This document shows, one piece after another, positions 31,536-39,830 of a stretch of DNA of 64,000 nucleotides. Location: the NCBI GenBank assembly GCA_963739595.1, contig CAVUBA010000037.1, positions 19,627 to 83,626 of the forward strand. The letters run 5' to 3'. The DNA is from an uncultured Thermoleophilia bacterium (GTDB taxonomy: Bacteria > Actinomycetota > Thermoleophilia > UBA2241). The number at the start of each line of letters is the position of its first letter. Position 1 is the first letter of the stretch. The position numbers and the translations under genes were made by a program. The notes under the pieces are model-generated. The model saw only the letters and a program-made list of their open reading frames with translations. It did no database searches and was not told where the DNA came from.

Positions 31536-32088
31536 GTGGACGGCGGCGCGACGGCAGGCGAGGCGCGGGGAGAGTCCCCGCTCCGCATCCGCGGTCCGCT
31601 GCTCGGCCAGGGCGCGGCGGCGGAGCGCATCCTCCGCGCCCTCCCCGGCTGGTTCGGGATCGAGTCGGCGCTGGTGGAGTACGCCCAGGCGGCCGACGAG
31701 CTGCCGACCCTCGTCGCCGTCCTCCCCGGTCCGAGCTGCGACCGGGAGGAGCGTCCGGGCAGTCAGCAGGTCCGGCCGGACCGGGTGGTCGGCTTCGTCA
31801 CGCTGAAGGAGACCAGCGAGGACGCCCTGGAGCTCCACGTCATGGGCGTCCTGCCCGCCTGGCACCGGCGCGGGACCGGCCGCGCGCTCGTCGAGCGCGC
31901 GGCATCGTACGCCCGCGCCGAGGGCTCTCGCTGCTGCACGTGAAGACGCTCGCCCCGAGCCACCCCGACCCCGGCTACGCGGCGACGCGCGCGTTCTACG
32001 CCGCTGCGGGCTTCCGCCCGCTCGAGGTGATCACCGAGGTCTGGGGGCCGGACGACCCCTGCCTGCTGATGGTCCGGCCCCTGTAGCC
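31536..32088 (+). CDS. GNAT-family acetyltransferase; one frame change
   Basis: ...HVMGVLPAWHRRGTGRALVERAASYARAEG continues one frame over as LLHVKTLAPSHPDPGYAATRAFYAAAGFRPLEVITEVWGPDDPCLLMVRPL. The change is at about 31925. Confidence 0.6.
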
Positions 32089-32105
32089 GCGCCCTGGCGC
32101 GCCGC

Positions 32106-32645
32106 TCAGGCGGTCGCGGCGTCCAGCGCGACGAGCGGCGACGGAGCGTTGTACACGCGCGTCGCCAGTTCCTTGTCGAGCTGGTAGAGGCCGGCGGGGT
32201 GCTCGCCCGCCATCTTGAACTTCTGCACCATGTCCATCGCGGTCTCTTCTTCCTCGACCTGCTCGGCGATGAACCACTGGAGGAAGTTGTACGTGGCGTG
32301 GTCCTTGAGCTCGAGCGCCAGCGACGCCAGGTCGTGGATGCGCGCCGTGACCTTCTCCTCGTGGGCGAGCGCCTCCTGGAACATCGCCAGCCCGTTCGGC
32401 CACTCCGTCTGCGGCTGCTCGATGGCCTCGAGGATCGCGCGTCCGCCGCGCGTGAGCACGTAGGTGAACATGATGCGCGCGTGCGCCAGCTCCTCCTGGT
32501 ACTGCACCGTCATCCAGTTCTGGCCACCCGACATGCCGGTCTCGGAGAACTGGCTCGCCATGGAGAGGTAGAGGTAGCCGGAGTAGAACTCCCAGTTGAT
32601 CTGGCTGTTGATGGCGTCCTGCATCCGCTTGTCCAACATCGTCAC
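32106..32645 (-). CDS. Ferritin (non-haem, Ftn type)
   Basis: MLDKRMQDAINSQINWEFYSGYLYLSMASQF...QYQEELAHARIMF...ALAHEEKVT...FLQWFIAEQVEEE. Intact. Confidence 0.9.
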   Translation of the reverse strand: MTMLDKRMQDAINSQINWEFYSGYLYLSMASQFSETGMSGGQNWMTVQYQEELAHARIMFTYVLTRGGRAILEAIEQPQTEWPNGLAMFQEALAHEEKVTARIHDLASLALELKDHATYNFLQWFIAEQVEEEETAMDMVQKFKMAGEHPAGLYQLDKELATRVYNAPSPLVALDAATA

Positions 32646-32768
32646 CCTCCATCGCCGTTGCGGGGCCGGGCCCCGGACCCGTCTCGTCCCCTATCTACCC
32701 AATCGCGAGGGAGTGCGGACGAGGGCGTCGAAGGGAACACTGGATGTAACCCCGATCGGAGCCCCGCA

Positions 32769-33266
32769 ATGAACAGAGCGTTCGTCAAGGAACCGGACGA
32801 GGGCGCGCCCGCCGAGAGTCTTCCGGAGCGACAGGTCAGCGAGCACGACAACTACGTGACGCCTGCCGGCCTGCGACAGCTCGAGGCCAAGGTGGGCGAG
32901 CTCGAGACGCGCCGGCTGGAACTGCTCGAAGGGGATGACCCTGGAGACGAACTCACGTACGTGGACCGCGACCTGCGCTACTTCACGGCACGGCTGGAGA
33001 GCGCGATCCCCGTGGACATGGCCCGGCAGCCGCGCCGCAAGGTGGCGTTCGGCGCCGCCGTCACCGTGAGCCAGCCCGGCGGCGACCGGCGGACGTTCAC
33101 CATCGTGGGTGAGGACGAGGCCGACCTCAGAGAGGGCAAGATCAGCTACGTCTCGCCGCTCGCCGAGGCGCTGGTCGATGCGCGCGTGGGCAAGACGGTG
33201 CTCTGGCGGCGGCCGGCCGGCGACCTCCGGCTGACCGTCGAGGCGATCGACTACCCGGAGAGCTGA
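32769..33266 (+). CDS. GreA/GreB-family transcription factor (Rnk/GreA-like)
   Basis: Coiled-coil N-terminal half (TPAGLRQLEAKVGELETRRLEL) and C-terminal ISYVSPLAEALVDARVGKTV (the GreA C-domain SPxxxALxGxxxGD pattern). Confidence 0.75.
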   Translation: MNRAFVKEPDEGAPAESLPERQVSEHDNYVTPAGLRQLEAKVGELETRRLELLEGDDPGDELTYVDRDLRYFTARLESAIPVDMARQPRRKVAFGAAVTVSQPGGDRRTFTIVGEDEADLREGKISYVSPLAEALVDARVGKTVLWRRPAGDLRLTVEAIDYPES

Positions 33267-33281
33267 CGCGTACTTGACGGA

Positions 33282-33318
33282 TCATTGACGGGTGCCCCTT
33301 CGGCGCACCCGTCGATGA
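33282..33318. repeat. Hairpin between convergent genes, sharing its core with the 69-bp repeat hairpin
   Basis: tcattgacgggtgc-cccttcggc-gcacccgtcgatga (14-bp stem, one mismatch). The core cgggtgc-N9-gcacccg and the tcatYg lead-in also occur at 3476-3508. Probably also a bidirectional terminator. Confidence 0.5.
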
Positions 33319-33333
33319 CCCAGCCTGCGGCGG

Positions 33334-34618
33334 TCATTCCAGCACGACCGCCAGATACGCCGGCGTGGGCTCCTGCCCGAGCAGCAGCCCCGTGACGCCC
33401 TTCTGCGTGTCCCAGCCGTAGGAGCGCGTGGCGTTCTCGTCACTCATCACCGCGAGCGCCCAGCGCTTCTTGCCCTTCTCCAGCCAGGCGGCCTGGACCA
33501 TGAGCTTGTTGTCCATGCCCAGCCAGCCGCCCTTGAAGTAGCTGGTCCAGCCCTCGGGCCCGGCCGCCGCGGGGATGCCCCAGCGCTGGATGGGGATGAC
33601 GCTCGAGAGCAGCCGCCGCGCGAGGCTGCGTCCCGCGGCGGGCACCAGCTTCTCGAACTGTGAGAAGAGGCGCGCCTCGTCCCAGGCGGAAGCGCGCGTG
33701 TCGACCCAGCCCGAGCCCTGCTCGTAGTCCTGCATGCCGGCATCCCTGGCCACGGCGCGCATGCCCTTGGCGCCGACCTGCGCGAAGATGGTGTAGGCGG
33801 CGCCGTTGTCGGACTCGGTGATCATCCTGGTCAGCGTGGCCTCGGTGGTCGAGTCGGGCGTGGGGTCTTCACGCAGGGAGGCGACCAGCATGATCGCCTT
33901 GGACAGGCTCGCCAGCTGGAAGGGCTCGTGCTGGCGATAGCCGCCGGCGTCCTCGCCGTTGGTGTCGACGACGGCGAACGCCACGTCGCCGTCGCGGCCG
34001 GAGATCCACTCCTCGGCGGCCGCGACCGCCTTCTTCCCGGGGAACCCGGGCGGGAGCGGCGGGAGCACCTTCAGCGTCGCCGACGCAGTGACGGCCGCCG
34101 AGCCGGGGGACGCCGTGCCGGGGGACGGGCCGGCGCCGACCGGCACGTCGGCGGCGCCGAGCCGCAGCTCGTAGGTGTAGCGGCCCGGCTCGAGGTCGAT
34201 GGGGACCGCCGCCTCGAGCCACTCGCCGGCCGCGGCGGCGTCCGTCAGCCGCCGGGCCTTGACCCTGCTGACCGGCGGCGCCCGTCACGACCAGGGTCAC
34301 CGACGCCGCCGCGCCCGACGGCCCGGTGAGGCGGTAGCGGATCGTCGCCTTCTCGCCGCGGTGCACTGCGACGGCGCCGAGCCGGGACAGCCGGAGAACC
34401 GGCGCCGGCGCTGCTGCTGAAGCCTCCGGTGACGCCGCGTGGCTCGCCGTGCCGGCCGCGGCGCCGCCGCCGTCGCGCAGCCAGACCACGGCCCCGGCGG
34501 CCAGAGCCGCGACCAGGACGACGGCGACCAGCGCGCCGATCGCCACGCCGCGCAGTCGGCGCTTTCGCCGGCGCGCCGCCGACTCGTAGATGGTCGGTCG
34601 TTCATTCATCCGGACCAT
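33334..34618 (-). CDS. Membrane-anchored serine hydrolase of the class A beta-lactamase/transpeptidase fold; one frame change
   Basis: N-terminal anchor ...GVAIGALVAVVLVAALAAGAVVWL. The catalytic half has SLSK (SxxK), SDN and KGG motifs. The change is at about 34275. Confidence 0.7.
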
Positions 34619-34632
34619 CCTAACGTGCCTGA

Positions 34633-34668
34633 CTTGGACATGCCTTTGCCCGTCTTGGAGATGCCTTT
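34633..34668. promoter_or_regulatory. Two 15-nt direct repeats at 21-bp spacing in a divergent, AT-richer intergenic region
   Basis: cttggaCatgccttt (34633-34647) and cttggaGatgccttt (34654-34668). They lie between the beta-lactamase-fold gene (-) and the CxxCH gene (+). Confidence 0.35.
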
Positions 34669-34810
34669 ACCTTTGCTACATAGCTCTTAATGGCCTGAAG
34701 GCCTGATTCGGTTGACGCCCCAAGACGACCTCTTCTACCGTATTTCGTGCATTAGGCCACTCCATTGCGAACCGAGTCAGGCCGTCCCGAACCCGAAGTC
34801 AGGAGAGCCC

Positions 34811-35583
34811 GTGACCAGACGCACTTCGTTCCATTTCGTCGCCGCCTTCGGCGTCGCAGCCGCCGCCATCGCCCTCACAGTGGCCGTGGTCGGTGCGAAG
34901 CCCGCCCAGGCGCTGCCGAGCTACCAGAAGACCTGCTCCGCCTGTCACTCAGCCACGCCGTCCGGCACGGTGACCGCGACCCCGAGCAAGCCGACCCTCA
35001 ACCCGGGCGAGGCGTACAGCGTCCAGGTCACCGTCGGGCTCAGCTCCTCCGGCAAGGCCGGCTACTGGATCAGCGCCAACGATGCGTCGACTCCTGCCGT
35101 GAGCATCGCCGGCGGCCCCGGCACCTCGCCGCTCACCGCCAGCATGAAGGCGCCGGGCGCGGCCGGCACGTACACGTACAAGGTGTGGGGCGCCAAGGGC
35201 ACGCCCGGCTCCGGCCAGGCGACCTCCACGACCTACCAGATCACCGTCAGCAGCAGCGGTGGGACCGTCGACACCGTGGCGCCGACCACTCTCGCGCCGA
35301 AGCGCAGCCAAGGTCGTCAAGGGCAAGAAGGCGACCCTGAAGTACCAGGTCAACGACGCCGCCCCCAACCTCGGCACCGCGACCGCCGTCATCAAGATCA
35401 AGAACAAGGCCGGCAAGGTCGTCAAGACCCTCAGGCCGGGCTCCAAGGCCGTCAACGCGCTCCAGAAGCGCGAGCTTCACCTGCAAGCTGGCGAAGGGCA
35501 CGTACAAGTTCTACGTGACCGCGACCGACGCCGCGGGCAACAAGGCCAGCAACACCGCGGTCAACAAGCTGACCGTCAGGTAA
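34811..35583 (+). CDS. Secreted protein with one CxxCH motif and Ig-like (FlgD-Ig/PKD-style) C-terminal domain; two frame changes
   Basis: The GTG follows AGGAGA. Signal peptide ...AIALTVAVVGAKPAQA, then LPSYQKTCSACHS (CSACH). The C-terminus is ...KGKKATLKYQVNDAAPNLGTATAVIKIKNKAGKVVKTL... and ...FTCKLAKGTYKFYVTATDAAGNKASNTAVNKLTVR. Changes at about 35300 and about 35475. Confidence 0.6.
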
Positions 35584-35632
35584 GACCCGGGTGATCGGCG
35601 GCCCGACCAGGCCGCCACACTCGCCCGGAGTG

Positions 35633-35670
35633 ACGACGACGGGGCCGGCGAACGCCGGCCCCGTCGTCGT
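35633..35670 (+). terminator. Strong GC hairpin after the CxxCH gene
   Basis: acgacgacggggccggcg-aac-gccggccccgtcgtcgt (17-18 bp stem) followed by tt. It begins 50 nt after the stop. Confidence 0.6.
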
Positions 35671-35715
35671 TTCCGCGTGTGCGCCGGCGCGTTCGCGCCG
35701 GCGTCTGTGGCGTGA

Positions 35716-35744
35716 TGGCGGAGCGACATGGGAGTCGAACCCAC
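35716..35744 (-). repeat. 29-nt exact copy of the 3' end of tRNA-Sec (att-site scar)
   Basis: tggcggagcgacatgggagtcgaacccac is identical to 40300-40328 in the same orientation. Flanks diverge on both sides. There is no complementary 5' acceptor strand nearby, so this is not a second tRNA. Confidence 0.85.
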
Positions 35745-35797
35745 TTTCGGTCTTCAGCCGCAGGAGCCGCCCCAATCCATACCCGTCCGCAGGGAGC

Positions 35798-35817
35798 CGG
35801 GCACCAAACGGGCACAA
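35798..35817. repeat. 20-nt direct repeat, copy 1 (candidate arm-type site)
   Basis: cgggcaccaaacgggcacaa is identical to 40205-40224. It lies 53 nt inside the island from the left 29-mer. Confidence 0.7.
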
Positions 35818-36197
35818 GAAACGGCGCGCCACGGGACAGCCTTCCCTACCCCAAGGCCCACCCCCCGCAGGCGAGACGGCCGGTGCCGGCGTCGAAGCTT
35901 CCGCGAACCCGCGCGAGAACCACCGGGGGTCTTTACAATCGGCACCCCACCCTTATGCGGTGGTGTTCTCTTGCCTTTGCCCTGGCCCTGATTCTTGTGA
36001 TGCTCGGGTTCGGATGGTCTCTACGCGCTTCTTGTCGTTGATCTGTTTGTCGCATTGCTCTATGGAGCCTTCCTGAGCTTCAAGTGCGGCGCCTTCGACA
36101 GGTCGAGAGAACGCAAAGCGGACGCGGCCGCTGAGAGAAGGATGAGGCTCGCGGCGAGTAGGACTCGTCGCCCGCTACGCGACGGGTCCTCCGCCGC

Positions 36198-36297
36198 ATG
36201 CGCTGCCCAACTGCGGGACGGCGCGAAGTTCTGCCGTGAGTGCGGTGCGCCGATTGCGTCTGCGCCGGCAGTGCTGCAGGTCTCCCAAGCGCAGTAG
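36198..36297 (+). pseudogene. Degenerate double zinc-ribbon ORF start (MRCPNCGT...DGAKFCRECGAPIA), readable only across three frames
   Basis: ATG at 36198 gives MRC. The next frame gives PNCGT and the 36055..36297 frame gives DGAKFCRECGAPIASAPA. Together these form the common CPxCG...FCxxCGAP zinc-ribbon N-terminus. No convincing downstream body. Hairpin H1 follows at 36637. Confidence 0.35.
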
Positions 36298-36636
36298 CGT
36301 CCCGGCCCAGCTTGCGCCCCGTGGCGATTGTCTACCCGGAGACCGCTTCGGAGCCTTGCTGGGGCCTCCCGCTGGCCTCTACGGCGCCGTTGCGGCCCGT
36401 CGTAGCCGACCTCAAAGTGCGGAGGACTGCCGGCGGGTCGCCATGCAACGGCGCACCGTCGCGGCTCCGGTGCTATGGTCGATTTTAGGAACCGTCAGAA
36501 TCAGACCACCGCGCCGGCAGCTCAATCGCCTGGCGCCCCCCGGCCGCCTTCCAGGGCGGCCGCCGCGGTTCTCGTCCCACCTCTAGTCTCGCTTCTGTTC
36601 GTGTGGGCGAAGTCCCCGAACGGTGGCGTCACAGAA

Positions 36637-36668
36637 GAGGCCCGCTGCCTTCACGGGTGGCGGGCCTC
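36637..36668. repeat. Island GC hairpin H1
   Basis: gaggcccgctgccttcacgggtggcgggcctc. A 13-14 bp stem (two G-U-compatible positions) with a 4-nt loop. Confidence 0.8.
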
Positions 36669-36884
36669 TCCTGCCCGAGCGTGGAGATGCCCGCCACATC
36701 TCGGGAGAATGCTGACAAGTCAGCCGTCCAAGACGTGCCTACCTTGTCGCTTCCCCGGCGCGGCACGCCGGAAGCTCATCCCTGACGTGCCGTGCCGCGC
36801 CATGCCGAGCATCTGCGACGGGCACCTCTATAGTGTGCGCCTTCGGCGGCCACCACAACCGTTGGCCTTTGCGGTTCAGGCAAG

Positions 36885-36960
36885 GAGGCCCGCTACCCTC
36901 ACGGGTGGCGGGCCTCTGTGCGCGGCAAGCGGCCCGGACCGGGCCACCGGGCGTCCGGGC
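36885..36960. repeat. Island GC hairpin H2 plus about 45-nt conserved flank
   Basis: gaggcccgctaccctcacgggtggcgggcctc followed by tgtgcgcggcaagcggcccggaccgggccaccgggcgtccgggc. The flank is about 80 percent identical by eye to the flank of H4. It lies about 155 nt downstream of the GGDEF stop on the minus strand. Confidence 0.8.
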
Positions 36961-37073
36961 CGAATGGCGTGCAGGCTGCTGCACCACACCCCAGAAGTCC
37001 CGAGCGAGTCGGCCGGGAACAGGATAACGCTGCCTTCGTCCGGGCCACCGAACAGGATGACCCAGCACGCTGC

Positions 37074-38062
37074 CTACGCCGCCGTGTTGGACTCGTCGGT
37101 GTCCTGGACGCCCGCTTGCCCACCGGGCTGCGCGGCCCGCCAGACGACACGTGCGCCCGTGGCCCGTGCTGGACCGGGCTTGCGCTCGTACATGGACTCA
37201 TCGGCCTGGCGCAGCAACTCGTCCAGCGAGATCGCCTGCGGAGCTCGGGAGTAGCTCACGCCGAGAGTCAAGGCGAGGTCGAAGCCGAGACCCGAGTCCG
37301 CCAGCAGCCCCACGATCTGCCGCTCCAGTCGCGCTGACAGTGCATCGATGTCATGGTCCTCATTGCTTCCCAGGTCGGCGACGATGGCGAACTCGTCACC
37401 GCCGATGCGGGCCACGATGTCAGCCTCGCGAAAGGTAGCCGTGAGCGCCCGAGCGGCAAGCACGAGGGCGCGATCGCCGGCGTCGTGCCCGTAGGTATCG
37501 TTGACCGCTTTGAAGTCGTCGACGTCGGCGAAGACCAGCGCCTGCGCCGCCCCCGAGCGGCGACTCTCCACGAGGCGCCGTTCGGCCAGGAGCGCGAAGC
37601 CGCGCCGGTTGTGCAGCCCCGTGAGGTCGTCATGCAGCGCAGCGGCGCGCAGTTCGCCCTCGGTCGCGCGCTGCCGGGTCACGTCGCTGGCGGCGACGAT
37701 GACGGACTGGAGTGCACCCGCGGAGTCGCGCGCGGCGTTCAGCGACCCGCTGACCAGGAGGCGCTCGCCGCCGCTCCTTCGCCAGTGGTTCTCGAAAGCG
37801 AACGTCGCGCCGCCCGCTCGCAGGCTCCGGAGGCCGTCGGTGAACGTTCTCGCGCCTCGGGGATCGGCAGGGCGTCGAGGAAGTCCCTGCCTCGCAGGTC
37901 TCCACCACGGTAGCCTGTGGCCACTTCGAAGGCGTGGTTCACGCGCAAGATGCGGCCCTGATCGTCGAGGATTACGATGAGCATGTCCGCAGCCTCGAGC
38001 ACCGCCGCAAGGAGGTCGCGCTCTCCCTCGATCGTCTTCCTCGTCTGGGCGGGACTTGTCAT
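37074..38062 (-). CDS. PAS-GGDEF diguanylate cyclase; frame-disrupted once
   Basis: The ATG at 38062 follows GAGGAG. PAS domain: LLAAVLEAADMLIVILDDQGRILRVNHAFEVATGYRGGDLRGRDFLDALP. It continues as FTDGLRSLRAGGATFAFENHWRR...VTRQRATEGELRAAALHDDLTGLHNRRGF...IGGDEFAIV. The change is at about 37855. Confidence 0.8.
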
Positions 38063-38184
38063 GGTCTCCTCAGGCCTCGAACGGTCGCGGCAGGCGGGTG
38101 CTGCTGTGCTGCGTCTTCGCCTCTGTGGTCCAGGGCGGCGCTGACTCGCGCTCCAGCCGGGTTTCGGTGCGGCGGTCGCTCTCG

Positions 38185-38460
38185 TCAGGCGGCCTCTGGG
38201 TGCGTCTCCGGCCCAGCGGCCGCCGCACCGTGCAGCCCGGACAGGACGCAGAGGCGACACAAGCATTGGGGTTCATGCTCCCACCCGTAGGACGGAGACT
38301 GCCAGGACGCCACGATCTGCCTCCGGCCCCTCCTCTTGGGTTGCCAGAAGCGCAGGCTGTCGAAGTAGAACACCGCTCCCCGGTCGTCTTGCGCCCACGC
38401 TGGTCGACCTTCCGTCAAGACCTGGAACCGGCTGTAGCGCGGTCGCTCGTGGTTCCCCAT
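38185..38460 (-). CDS. Possible small hypothetical protein (91 aa)
   Basis: GGGGGAGG lies 7 nt upstream of ATG 38460. Sequence: MGNHERPRYSRFQVLTEGRPAWAQDDRGAVFYFDSLRFWQPKRRGRRQIVASW... Mixed third-position composition. No family recognised. Confidence 0.25.
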   Translation of the reverse strand: MGNHERPRYSRFQVLTEGRPAWAQDDRGAVFYFDSLRFWQPKRRGRRQIVASWQSPSYGWEHEPQCLCRLCVLSGLHGAAAAGPETHPEAA

Positions 38461-38730
38461 GGCCCACCTCCCCCTCGCTCGAAGTCTTTCCCCGGGACTG
38501 CGCACCACACCGCCGTTGCCTGCTCTGAATACACTGAAATGGAACGCGCCGGCGCGGCGTGTAGGAGAGCGATGCGCCCCGTATGCACACGTGCTCACGA
38601 CCGCGTGACCAGAACACGCGGTCGGTCATGCCCGTCTCGTTGACGCAGGGCGACACGGGGCTGGTTTGATGGAAGCCTGCACACCTGCGTCTTGATGTTG
38701 AACGTGAGCCGCCAGCAGCCGGCTGCTGAA

Positions 38731-38762
38731 GAGGCCCGCTGCCCTCACGGGCAGCGGGCCTC
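38731..38762. repeat. Island GC hairpin H3 (likely terminator of the 38793 gene)
   Basis: gaggcccgctgccctcacgggcagcgggcctc. A perfect 14-bp stem, 30 nt downstream of the stop at 38793 on the minus strand. Confidence 0.8.
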
Positions 38763-38792
38763 TTCCCTTTGGCCGTATCGACGCCGTTCAGC

Positions 38793-39548
38793 TCACGGCG
38801 CGATAGTGAAGCTACCGGTCGGGAGGGAGTCGACGTAGGGCTTGTACATGATGGGATGCCGCGCGGTCCCCTCGATGGGCGCGATCATGTCGGTCGTGGT
38901 GTGCGAGAGCCGCTCGGTGACGTCCAGCGCATGCGTGCCCGGTGCTGGCGTCTTCAGGGGGATGAACAGGTAGTTGACCCAGAGTCCGGCCCGGATCTTG
39001 GCATTGAAGGGCTGGGTCGTCGGGTCGAGTTCGCCCCGGAAGGCGCCCGTCCAGAAGCCCTTTGACTGATTGAAGGTCGTCTTCACTACGCCGTCAACCT
39101 TCACCCGGTACTGGAGGTAGTTCCCCACGCTGTTGGCGCGGCCGAGCGTCATCGTGACCCACCCAGAGCCGACGACAACGTCGTAGTCGTTGGGGATGAA
39201 ATCGCCGACGGCATGGTCGATCTCGGTCGCGAACGTCCCGTCGGGGAACTCGAACCAGAAGCCGTAGCGTCAGGACGAGCCCGGCGACGACTCACCGATG
39301 TGCTTCGCTGCGCGGGACCCCTGGTGCGCTTCGAGCGTCACAGCACGCCAACGCACGATCCCGCCCTCACGCCTGGTGAGGTCGGCATCGAGCGATTCAC
39401 GTGGCCTCGGCTCCTCCAGTCGCGCGCGCAGCTCATCGACGGGGAGACCGCAGGCCGGACATCCCAGAAGGGCGGGGAAATCGCCGAGGACCGCAGACGC
39501 ATCGATGAGGGAGCGGCATTGCGGACAGGCGGTTTCGGGCGGCACCAT
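38793..39548 (-). CDS. Hypothetical protein: N-terminal zinc ribbon + C-terminal unknown (beta-rich) domain, interrupted by one in-frame TGA at 39270-39272
   Basis: AGGGGGA lies 7 nt upstream of ATG 39548. Sequence: MVPPETACPQCRSLIDASAVLGDFPALLGCPACGLPV...GESSPGSS-TGA-RYGFWFEFPDGTFATEIDHAVGDFIPNDYDVVVGSGWVTMTLGRANSVGNYLQYRVKVDG... The two track ORFs (39270..39749 and 38793..39152) are in the same frame. Region 39153-39269 is GC3-rich and has no in-frame start. Confidence 0.5.
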
Positions 39549-39753
39549 CGGTTCATCCCCCTGCGCTTGCGGTCGCACTCGCCAGACATCAGAAGACCGC
39601 ACCCTATCACGAGGTTCAGGCGGCGAAAGACCAGCGCCGTTCACGGGGCCGCATCGTCCCCCTTGCCGACGCTCCGGATGTCGCCTACGGTCGCCCTCAC
39701 CGAACGTTCTGTGCGTGTGGGCGTAGTCCCTGAAAGAGTAGCCGGGCACCGAA

Positions 39754-39830
39754 GAGGCCCGCTGCCCTCGCGGGCAGCGGGCCTCTGTGCGGGTCGAGCG
39801 GCACGGACCCCGCCACCAGGCGTCCGGGCG
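39754..39830. repeat. Island GC hairpin H4 plus about 45-nt conserved flank
   Basis: gaggcccgctgccctcgcgggcagcgggcctc followed by tgtgcgggtcgagcggcacggaccccgccaccaggcgtccgggc. Homologous to H2 and its flank. Confidence 0.8.

Noticed and set aside
35716-35810. Possible second complete tRNA at the left island border.
   Set aside because: Only the 3'-terminal 29 nt match. Upstream on the minus strand there is no complementary acceptor 5' strand (GGAGCG..) and no D arm. It is an att-type fragment.
35955-36041. 28-aa hydrophobic peptide as a type I toxin.
   Set aside because: There is no SD, no recognisable antisense RNA partner and no conservation evidence. It is mentioned only as part of the island description.
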